In this document: piece after piece, positions 1-7,785 of the stretch
Layout of the letters: each line of letters starts with the position of its first letter
Position numbering within the stretch: position 1 is the stretch's first letter
Virus record (IMG/VR): IMGVR_UViG_3300037424_003016
Span: 1 to 33,091 of that record
From: a virus
Taxonomy: Duplodnaviria > Caudoviricetes
DNA: 33,091 nucleotides
Direction: 5' to 3' (one strand)
Notes under the pieces: generated by a model
The model's input: the letters and a program-made list of their open reading frames with translations, nothing else
Database searches by the model: none
What the model was told of the DNA's origin: nothing
Made by a program: the position numbers and the translations under genes

Positions 1-225
1 ATGACTGACAATAGTACACAAAAAACTCTCGGACAAATTGAGGGAATACTTGATCCAAAGAAGCAGATGAAAACTGTGCTTTTCATTGATACTGTTCCTG
101 CCTTTGTGGATTTAGATTTGAAGACAAGAGGTCCTTTCAAGAAAGGAGATGTCTTGAGGATTCACATTGATATTGCGAATCTTTTGATTCTCAAAGGTAA
201 GGCAAAAGCATTCGATCTTGACTGA
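1..225 (+). CDS. Small protein resembling the archaeal GINS (Gins15/51) C-terminal B-domain; may be 5'-truncated by the window edge
   Basis: Motif VLFIDTVPAFVDLDLKTRGPFKKGDVLRIHIDIANLLILKGKA matches the recalled archaeal GINS B-domain pattern (P.FV..D...GPF..GD...+....A..L+..G.A). Confidence 0.65.
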   Translation: MTDNSTQKTLGQIEGILDPKKQMKTVLFIDTVPAFVDLDLKTRGPFKKGDVLRIHIDIANLLILKGKAKAFDLD

Positions 226-403
226 GGTGATACAAATGAGCGAAGCAAAACAAATGCAAACAAAACTGAAATCGGATATCATGGCATTGGCACAAGACAA
301 TGAATCATGGAAACGTAAGATAGCTGAAAACGAGCATACCATTTCAGAACTTCAGAAAATTGTTGAAGTTCTCGAACCGTTATGTAAGGAGGTAGAACAA
401 TGA
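218..403 (+). CDS. Small coiled-coil hypothetical protein; probable start ATG 236
   Basis: ORF track; GAGGTGA upstream of ATG 236; ATGA overlap with next ORF. Confidence 0.6.
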   Translation: MTEVIQMSEAKQMQTKLKSDIMALAQDNESWKRKIAENEHTISELQKIVEVLEPLCKEVEQ

Positions 404-570
404 AGGATCTAAAAAGAAGATATGTCTATGAAGACACTTACAAAGAGATTGTTGAGTGGGCTAATAGTAATGGAGTAAGAGCTCCAAACTACAAAGAGAA
501 TTTTCCTTTTTTCTTACAGGAATATCTAAAACAGTTCGGCGGAGGTACTCAAAATGTGGAAAGGGTATGA
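400..570 (+). CDS. Hypothetical protein, 56 aa (MKDLKRRYVYEDTYKEIVEW...), not in ORF track
   Basis: Manual translation; GGAGGT RBS upstream; fills the gap and overlaps both neighbours. Confidence 0.6.
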   Translation: MKDLKRRYVYEDTYKEIVEWANSNGVRAPNYKENFPFFLQEYLKQFGGGTQNVERV

Positions 571-1501
571 AGCTATTCCGAGTTATTTTGGAGGGAAACG
601 AAAACTTGCAAGGAGAATACTAAGCCACGCTAAAGGAGAAGTATTTATTGATGCTTTTTTAGGTGGTGGAAGTGTTTCTCTTTTAGCGAAAGCTAAAGGA
701 ATGAAAGTTATCTGTAATGACATTTCTGAAAGGTCAAGGATAGTAGGTAAAGCAATAATTGAAAATAAGGGAAAGAAACTTACAGATTATGATCTTTACA
801 GTCTATTCAATGAGACTGAAAATAAATTTATTAGAGATCATTTTCCAAACCTTGCTTTAGAAAAGGATATTCAATTCCTTGATGATGCTTTTGCTAATGC
901 AAAGACAGACTTGCAGAAACTTCTTTTGATTAAATTTCTCTTTAAGTATAAGCCATTTAGTATGTTATCAAATAAAGTACCTACTGACTTGAATGATTGT
1001 AATTTGAAAGTTATACAGCCACACTTAAAGTATATGTTCAAACCAATTAGGACACTAAAAAAGATTAAGGAACAAATTAATTATGGGATCTTTGACAATG
1101 GAAAAGATTGTGAGTTTCATAATAAAGATGTTTTTGAATTCTTAGATACTGTTCAAGGAGATACTGTTTACTTTGATCCACCTTATGCAGGAAGTCAAAG
1201 TTATGAAGAATTTTACTATATACTTGATAGTATTCTTTATCAGAAGAAAGAGCCTCTGAAGAAAAGCAAATTTAATTCTGATGATTACGAAGATTTCTTG
1301 CATAAACTTATGGAGAAATCCATGCACATTCCAAGAGTTATTTTTAGCTTTGGAGGACCTAAAGTAGATGGCAAAAGACTTCTTGAGATTGTACAACAGC
1401 ACAGACCTGCTAAGTTGTATGAGATTCAGCATAAATGGTCTATTACTGCAACAAAAGAATCAATGCAAACTGCAACTGAAATATTGGTGGTGACAATATG
1501 A
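554..1501 (+). CDS. N6-adenine DNA methyltransferase (Dam/D12 class), orphan
   Basis: YFGGK, DAFLGGGSV (SAM binding), ND and DPPY catalytic motifs; GGAGGT RBS. Confidence 0.9.
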   Translation: MWKGYEAIPSYFGGKRKLARRILSHAKGEVFIDAFLGGGSVSLLAKAKGMKVICNDISERSRIVGKAIIENKGKKLTDYDLYSLFNETENKFIRDHFPNLALEKDIQFLDDAFANAKTDLQKLLLIKFLFKYKPFSMLSNKVPTDLNDCNLKVIQPHLKYMFKPIRTLKKIKEQINYGIFDNGKDCEFHNKDVFEFLDTVQGDTVYFDPPYAGSQSYEEFYYILDSILYQKKEPLKKSKFNSDDYEDFLHKLMEKSMHIPRVIFSFGGPKVDGKRLLEIVQQHRPAKLYEIQHKWSITATKESMQTATEILVVTI

Positions 1502-2145
1502 AAACTGAAAAAATACAAATGGAAAAAATAGTTGAAAACAAATATAATCCAAATGAGATGGATGAGAATAAGTTTGCGAAACTTGTTCTAAACATTAAAA
1601 GAAAAGGGTTTCGTAAACCTATCGAAGTTCGTAAAGTAGATGATAAATATGTTATTGTTGATGGTGCTCATAGATTTAGAGCTTGTAAAGAATTAGGATA
1701 TACTGAGATTGACTGTATTGTTGATGAAGTAGACGATACTGAAGCAATGATTGACACTTTGAATGCAAACATTCATGGAAGTCATAATCCTTACAAGGAA
1801 GCACAAATCTTCAAACAGATTCATGAACGATATGCTCTTAAGGATATTGAGAAATTAACTATTTTTGGTCAGTCTGAAATAAAAGATCGAATGGAATTAT
1901 TGAATCTTTCTCCAAGTATCCAGGCACAGATTGAACAGATGGAGAAATCTGAATCTAAGGAAGCACCCGTCATTTTAACTTTTATGATTAAAGAATCAGA
2001 AAAGAGTATTGTTGATTCTGCTTTAATTCAGTTTGGAAGTGTTTCTGATAGGAATAAGTCTTTCTTGGAATTATGCAAGAAATTCGTTTCTGATGTTGAG
2101 GTAAATCATGGAGAAGAAAACACTGGAAAACACAACGAACAGTAA
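1498..2145 (+). CDS. ParB/Srx-like N-terminal domain protein
   Basis: YNPNEM...I..+GF..PI.V...IVDGAHRFRA..LG pattern of the ParB/Srx fold. Confidence 0.85.
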   Translation: MKTEKIQMEKIVENKYNPNEMDENKFAKLVLNIKRKGFRKPIEVRKVDDKYVIVDGAHRFRACKELGYTEIDCIVDEVDDTEAMIDTLNANIHGSHNPYKEAQIFKQIHERYALKDIEKLTIFGQSEIKDRMELLNLSPSIQAQIEQMEKSESKEAPVILTFMIKESEKSIVDSALIQFGSVSDRNKSFLELCKKFVSDVEVNHGEENTGKHNEQ

Positions 2146-2716
2146 GACGAGCAGTCATGAATCGGATAAGCAGTACTTTGGTGGTAAGGTTCACAAACTG
2201 ACACAAAATGATAGAAGTAAAGGTGGGAAAACCATGACTCCAAAGCGTTACTTAGCTAATGCTTTTAACTCTATGAAAACTGGGAAATATTCAAACAAAA
2301 TACCTCATTGTCATACTTGTATTTTGAAAGATAGGTGTAGTGCTTATGATCCAAAAGATCCTAAAGCAGCGTGTAAGGTAATTGACATTCCTAATTATTA
2401 TCATTTAATGACTGCTCTTACTTTTAAGAATGAGGAAGATTTTGATGATTTTTTGAATAAGCAAATTCAAAGAATGTATTTGAAAAACTTGACCAGTGAT
2501 GATTGGGCTAAACTCAAGGATTTTGTTTTATTGCTTTTGAAACTTAAGGAGACTAAGTATAAGAGTCCTCAAGAACAAACAGTGAATATTCAGATAAATA
2601 ATTTTCAAAATGAATTTACCGTTTTTAAAGATGTTACTATTAAGATTCTCAAAAAGCATCCTGATGTGATGTTAGAATGGAGGGATGCTCTTGAATCTGC
2701 CAAACGATCCAATTGA
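2108..2716 (+). CDS. Putative terminase small subunit with Cys cluster
   Basis: Overlaps the start of terL; MKTGKYS motif followed by CHTC...C...C. Call is largely positional. Confidence 0.5.
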   Translation: MEKKTLENTTNSKTSSHESDKQYFGGKVHKLTQNDRSKGGKTMTPKRYLANAFNSMKTGKYSNKIPHCHTCILKDRCSAYDPKDPKAACKVIDIPNYYHLMTALTFKNEEDFDDFLNKQIQRMYLKNLTSDDWAKLKDFVLLLLKLKETKYKSPQEQTVNIQINNFQNEFTVFKDVTIKILKKHPDVMLEWRDALESAKRSN

Positions 2717-4163
2717 GAATGCTCTCTTTGAGAGTTATTCAGAACCATCTTATATTAATTTTATAGGATTTGTCAAAAGATATTTATCTCCTTTTATGGA
2801 ACAGGATTTTGTAGAAGAAGATTATTATCGAGATTGGTTTAATCTTGAACAGGATTATCAGTACAATGCTATTGAAGCTCCAAGAGGACATAGTAAGAGT
2901 GAAAACTTTACTGTGTGGTTTACTATTTATTATGCAGTCTATAATATTATGCATGAGCAGATTGTTTCTTCAGTAAGTGGAGATCAAACAAATGAATTAT
3001 TTGACAGGATTAAATTCTTTTTTTATGTAAGTCCTTATCTTAATCAATACTTCAAACCTGAAGGAGCAGATAAGAATGTAAGTCTTAGCTCATGGAATTC
3101 AAAGAAAATAGTCTTAAAAAATGAATCAATTATTCATGCAAGAAGTATAGGAGGAAAATGGAGAGGGCTTCATGTAAATAGAATTGTTTGTGATGATATT
3201 ATTACAGAAGACAGTACATTAAGTGATAAGCAAACTATCAATAAGTTTTATTCTGCAGTGTTTAATTGTTCAACAGCTAAAAGAGGAAGAATTACAGTAA
3301 TAGGTACACCGTTAAGATTCTCTGATATTTTATTTGATCTTAAATCAAATAAGCAATTTAATTTTAGAGCATATCCTGCAATTGTTGATCAAGAAAGAAA
3401 GATAGTGTTATCTCCAAATAGAAAATCATTTGATGAATTAATGAAAATAAAACTAACCATTGGTTCTGTAAGATTTCAATGCGAGTATATGCTTAATCCT
3501 ATTGATGATCAAATTTCTATTTTCAAAAGAGAATGGCTTCAAAGATCACGTTCAGAAAGTTTTGATTTAATAAGAAATAGACAAGACCTTAGTAAGTATG
3601 GGATAGATATAGTTTTTCTTACTTGTGGAGCAGACTTTGCATTTTCGGAAAGAAAAGGTGCTAATTATTCAGTGTTCTTAACACTTGCAAAACTAACTGA
3701 TGGCAGATTCTTACTTTGTGATTTCTTTAGAGGTAAAGGATTTACAGGTCAGCAACAAGTAGACAAACTTAGAGACTTACATAAAGTCTACGATTATGAT
3801 ACTATGGCTTTAGAAGAGAATAGTATTATGGCTATAAGTAAGGATATGAGAAGTTTAGGACTTCCTTTCAAAATGTTAAGGACTGGAAGTAGAGACACTG
3901 ATAATACTATTTCTAAAACGAATGCAATACTTAGAATGACTACTTGGTTTGAAAATAACCAAGTAATCATACCTTATGCTAGTGATGAAGCTAAAGAGAA
4001 GTATGATCTCTTGGAACAGGAATTCTTGAGTTTTGCATTAGAAGATGGGAAGATTATCGAGATTGGTGTTCACCCAGATATTCCAATAGCATTGTTGTAT
4101 GCTGGAGAAGCATCAAAGAAAGTACAAACCACAGGAGGTTTTGTTACAAGCATTGTAAGATAA
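2685..4163 (+). CDS. terL: Terminase large subunit
   Basis: Walker A APRGHSKS, Walker B IVCDD, coupling motif IGTP, FQCEY, RNase H-like GADFA and C-terminal HPD. Confidence 0.93.
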   Translation: MLLNLPNDPIENALFESYSEPSYINFIGFVKRYLSPFMEQDFVEEDYYRDWFNLEQDYQYNAIEAPRGHSKSENFTVWFTIYYAVYNIMHEQIVSSVSGDQTNELFDRIKFFFYVSPYLNQYFKPEGADKNVSLSSWNSKKIVLKNESIIHARSIGGKWRGLHVNRIVCDDIITEDSTLSDKQTINKFYSAVFNCSTAKRGRITVIGTPLRFSDILFDLKSNKQFNFRAYPAIVDQERKIVLSPNRKSFDELMKIKLTIGSVRFQCEYMLNPIDDQISIFKREWLQRSRSESFDLIRNRQDLSKYGIDIVFLTCGADFAFSERKGANYSVFLTLAKLTDGRFLLCDFFRGKGFTGQQQVDKLRDLHKVYDYDTMALEENSIMAISKDMRSLGLPFKMLRTGSRDTDNTISKTNAILRMTTWFENNQVIIPYASDEAKEKYDLLEQEFLSFALEDGKIIEIGVHPDIPIALLYAGEASKKVQTTGGFVTSIVR

Positions 4164-4175
4164 AAGGAGGTTAAA

Positions 4176-4541
4176 ATGTTCGATTCAAATAAACTAAACA
4201 GAAGAGATAAACACATATTGAAAGCATTACTGTATTTCTATCCTAAAAAAAGAAGTGCAGCACAAATTTATGATTATGTATCAGGCTTTAATCAAAAGAC
4301 TGGACTAAAAAATGCCAAAGCATTAGGACATATCTTAATGATATTTCCAGTAAAAAGCGAACTTACAGTTTACAGAACTTATACTGATAAACGAATTACA
4401 GGAAGCAGATTTATTCGAATATATGTTCTTGAAGAATCCTTTGTAAAAAAATATTATAAAGAAAAAAATGGAATAATAAAACTGGGGAAACAGAACTCTG
4501 CAAAGTTGAATAAAAATGTCAGAAGCCGAAACAAAGAATAA
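4176..4541 (+). CDS. Basic hypothetical protein, possibly winged-helix
   Basis: GGAGGT RBS; K/R-rich helical N-terminus followed by a beta-hairpin-like C-terminus. Confidence 0.55.
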   Translation: MFDSNKLNRRDKHILKALLYFYPKKRSAAQIYDYVSGFNQKTGLKNAKALGHILMIFPVKSELTVYRTYTDKRITGSRFIRIYVLEESFVKKYYKEKNGIIKLGKQNSAKLNKNVRSRNKE

Positions 4542-6564
4542 ATCACTGATGGTCTTATCAGAAGTGAATGAAGGTGTTAGACAGACTTCAGTTACAGTGG
4601 ACTACTCTACTGTAAATTATTCTAAGCTTGAAACTATTTACAAGACAGAACAACTTATTTTTCAAGCAGTAAACATTATCAGTACATTTGCAGTTTCTAA
4701 AGGATACGATTATGTTGTCTCAGATAATTCTGAAGAAGAAATTGATATGAAAGAGATCATTCTTTCATTTGACAATAAAGTAGGATTACCTAAAATGATC
4801 ACAGACATTGTTCGTCATCTTCACATTTATGGAAATGCATATCTTGAAATTATTTATTCAAAGACAGATAACAAAAAGGTTGTTGGACTTGCACTTATTG
4901 ATCCCAAAACAATTACTTTCAAGAAAAAAGGAACAGGAGAGATTGATCTTGATGAATCAGGAAATATCAAAGGATATGTTCAAACTGTAAATGCCAAAAA
5001 GATTGATTTAGAACCTGAACAAGTAATTCATTTTAGAATAAATACAATTGCAGACTCATTAACAGGAACAGGAATAATTGAACCTCTTGTCAAGATTATT
5101 GAAGCTAAAAGAAATATTGAAGCAGGATTATCTGAAGCAATTTATAGACATGGCTTCCCACAATTTCATGTAAAGTTAGGAGATACAGAACATCAACCAA
5201 CAGGAGAACAAGTAACAGAAGAAAGTGAGAAATATAAACGTATTAATTCAAAATCTGAATTTGTAACTCCATATTATTATGATATAAAAGTTTTAGAATC
5301 GCCATCAATTAAAGGTGGAGAAAGTTACTTAAAATATTTCATAGACCAAATAGTAGCAGGAACAGGTGTTCCTCAAACAATACTCTTAGGAACAGGAGAG
5401 AACAGTAACAGAGCATCATCTTTTACTCAACAGCAAAATTTCTTTTTGTATATTTCTGCAGTTCAAACTTTAATTTCTGAAATATTATCAAAAGATTTAT
5501 TCACAAAAATATTGACAGTTGATGAATGTCCAGTATATATGAACTTTAATTCACTTGAAACAAAATCAGATCTTGAATTAGCACAAGAACGTGAAATCTA
5601 TCTTCGAAACGGTGTTTTAACTCCTGATGAAGTCAGGCAAGAGATGGGCTTAGAACCTATTTCTCAATCCCCCTATCTTCCTCAACCCATCACTGATGAT
5701 TCAGGAGCTTTTATTTTTTCAACCAATTTAGACGATCCTGAATTAAGAATTGAAGCTGAAGAAGATTTTGTATTTAATGCAAATGAAAATATGGAATTTG
5801 GTGGAATACTTCAAAATCTTTCAGAACCAATCAAATCAAGATTTATTCAAGACCAACAAATCTTATCTCATAAAATTGACAAGATTATGGATAAGTACAG
5901 AAATAAAATAGATAAAGAAATTGATTTAAATCTTACTTCAGATGATCAAGAACTTGCTGGAGAAAACATCTTTATTGATTCAGAATTACTTGCTCCTGAA
6001 AGAGATGCATTAATAGCTGCAATATTCTTAGATTCAAAGAAAAAATTCAAACAAGGAATTGCATTAGGAGAAGATTTCATCAAAAAACAATATCCCCAAG
6101 TTGCAGGAATAAAAGTCAAAAGCACAGTAAATGAAGGAGCTATCAAAGCTCTTGATCTTAGAGCCACTCAATTAGCAAAAACAGTTCATGGCGACTTACT
6201 TACTGCAACACAAATAGCAATAAGAGAAGGACTACAAGCTCGTAAAGGAGCAAGACAATTAAAAGAAGATATTGAGAAAGTCTTTGAAAAATATGGCGGG
6301 ACTTCTGGAAGATTCCAAAAGTTAGGAACAAGAGCAGAATTAATAGCAAGAACAGAATTACACCGTTCATTTATTGATGGCACATTACAAAGCTTCAAAG
6401 AACTTAAAGTTTCAAAAGTTGCTATGGTTGTAAATACAGGGGCTTGTGAGGAATGCATAGAATTATCTGCAGACCATCAAGAGATTCCATTACATTTATC
6501 TCAAGGAATAATCCCAATCCACCCAAGATGCAGATGTGGATGGGTTGCTTCTCAAGTGGATTAA
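4516..6564 (+). CDS. Portal protein fused to C-terminal MuF/SPP1 gp7-like head morphogenesis domain
   Basis: Portal motifs IYGNAYLEI, VIHFR, GVP..+LG, GVLTPDEVRQEMGLEP; MuF motifs RAELIARTE, ACEEC, HPRCRC. Confidence 0.9.
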   Translation: MSEAETKNKSLMVLSEVNEGVRQTSVTVDYSTVNYSKLETIYKTEQLIFQAVNIISTFAVSKGYDYVVSDNSEEEIDMKEIILSFDNKVGLPKMITDIVRHLHIYGNAYLEIIYSKTDNKKVVGLALIDPKTITFKKKGTGEIDLDESGNIKGYVQTVNAKKIDLEPEQVIHFRINTIADSLTGTGIIEPLVKIIEAKRNIEAGLSEAIYRHGFPQFHVKLGDTEHQPTGEQVTEESEKYKRINSKSEFVTPYYYDIKVLESPSIKGGESYLKYFIDQIVAGTGVPQTILLGTGENSNRASSFTQQQNFFLYISAVQTLISEILSKDLFTKILTVDECPVYMNFNSLETKSDLELAQEREIYLRNGVLTPDEVRQEMGLEPISQSPYLPQPITDDSGAFIFSTNLDDPELRIEAEEDFVFNANENMEFGGILQNLSEPIKSRFIQDQQILSHKIDKIMDKYRNKIDKEIDLNLTSDDQELAGENIFIDSELLAPERDALIAAIFLDSKKKFKQGIALGEDFIKKQYPQVAGIKVKSTVNEGAIKALDLRATQLAKTVHGDLLTATQIAIREGLQARKGARQLKEDIEKVFEKYGGTSGRFQKLGTRAELIARTELHRSFIDGTLQSFKELKVSKVAMVVNTGACEECIELSADHQEIPLHLSQGIIPIHPRCRCGWVASQVD

Positions 6565-6572
6565 AAATAAAA
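6561..6572 (-). terminator. U-rich archaeal-type terminator for the TR RNA
   Basis: Minus strand reads TTTTATTTTTAA immediately after the closing stem of the predicted RNA. Confidence 0.5.
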
Positions 6573-6574
6573 GG

Positions 6575-6828
6575 TGTCTCAGCTCACTTAGCCTGACTAT
6601 TCCGACAAACCGGCCATTATTGTTTAGATTATTGTTGCCGTTGAGACCGTTATAATTATTATTAAGGAACAGGACACGGCCCCAAGAGTAGCCATTTCAC
6701 TTTCTGAAAAGCCACCACCACTTCACACATTAGGTGTCGTGGTTGTATTTTATAACAGCTAGGCTGTCATAGTGAAACGACGTGTAGTTCCAAGCTACTT
6801 CATTGCTTTTAATAAAGCAGCTGAGACA
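6575..6828 (-). ncRNA. Predicted ~254-nt DGR template RNA
   Basis: No ORF in the track; contains TR; ends form a perfect 10-bp inverted repeat (TGTCTCAGCT 6575-6584 / AGCTGAGACA 6819-6828); several internal stems; TATA box upstream and U-tract downstream. Confidence 0.7.
6597..6682 (-). repeat. DGR template repeat (TR), 86 bp including IMH* (CGGAATAG)
   Basis: In target frame reads GRVLFL-NNNYNGLNGNNNLNNN-GRFVG with 11 AAY codons; aligns without gaps to 6916-7001 and 9818-9903. Confidence 0.97.
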
Positions 6829-6848
6829 AGGTAGATAAGAATATATCT

Positions 6849-6867
6849 TATATAAAAACGTTTTTAT
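6849..6867 (-). promoter_or_regulatory. TATA box (TTTATATA, 6856-6849) for the TR RNA, overlapped by a perfect 16-bp palindrome ATAAAAACGTTTTTAT (6852-6867)
   Basis: TATA lies ~21-28 nt upstream of the predicted RNA 5' end at ~6828, close to canonical archaeal spacing. Confidence 0.6.
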
Positions 6868-6903
6868 TTTCAGATTCTTTAGATGATTATTTTCGCGCGC
6901 TTG

Positions 6904-6916
6904 GCGCCTCCGGCGC
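6904..6916 (-). other. DGR target-recognition hairpin GCGCC-GGA-GGCGC 3' of VR1/IMH
   Basis: 5-bp GC stem with GGA loop directly after IMH; absent from the TR; identical copy after VR2. Confidence 0.8.
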
Positions 6917-7001
6917 TACCCCGACAAACCGGCCACCATAGTTCAGACTATAGTCGCCGTAGAGACCGTCCTAATCATCACCAAGGAACAGGACACGGCC
7001 C
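6916..7001 (-). repeat. DGR variable repeat VR1 with IMH (CGGGGTAG)
   Basis: 16 mismatches to TR by manual alignment; 15 are at TR adenines (2 of them in IMH) and one is the T>G creating TAG. Confidence 0.96.
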
Positions 7002-7785
7002 TGAGGAGTAACAGCATCACGACCACTAAAAGGATGATAACAACCTAAAGTATCATCAGAAGTGTCTTTTGCTCTTTCAAAGTATTCTTCTAAATTTTGC
7101 ATTCCTGCGTTTCTTGCCATCACTAATGGATTTGCTAAAAACTTCCCTTTTTTAACATAAGTAGATTCAGTATTCTGAGCTACTGAATAAGGCATTACAA
7201 TTCCAAACTGATGAGGCAAATCAGAAACTCCTTTCTTAATTTCATCATCAAAATGATATAACTTAATTCCAGATCCATCATGAAGTTTACCATCCAGTAA
7301 ATCATCAAACTCCTGATTTGTATATTTAGCACTACCGTTCATTAATCCTTCATCATAAGCTTGTTTAATACGTTTAGGAGTTAGTATTCCCCCTCCATTA
7401 ACTAAAACAAGAACAGGCTCATTAGCGGCATAGAATCTACCTTTTTGATCAATACCAATGTTTTCTTCAGTGTGAACAGTAAGCCAATTTTGATAAAAAT
7501 CATGATCATTTCCAGCTTTAACTTTAGCTGCAATAAGTTCAGGCATTGTAGCAACATAACCAGTACTTCCAGCATGTTCTAAAGCTTGTTGCAAAGCATC
7601 AGCAAGATTGCCATCATAAAACATCTTGCCTTTTAGTATATCATCAATATTAACGATACTTTGAGAAGTAACAGGTTGAGTTCTATTTGGATTATTAACA
7701 GGTTGTCTTACAGGTATTTCTTGTCCAGGAATCCAACCAGTAGCTTGAATGAATTTCTCCAAATCTTTATCAGGAATTATTCGAG

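Noticed and set aside
6690-6830. tRNA gene
   Set aside because: Multi-stem structure, but no T-loop GTTC(G/A)A in the proper context and no cloverleaf spacing; better explained as the DGR RNA leader.
6971-6973. TAG reassignment (genetic code 15) or pyrrolysine readthrough
   Set aside because: TAG terminates several genes cleanly (target 2, AAA+, MCP, tail tube); no other gene is interrupted and no suppressor tRNA was seen.
6597-7001. CRISPR-like or simple direct repeats
   Set aside because: Three dispersed copies differ at adenines only; there is no repeat-spacer periodicity and no cas gene.
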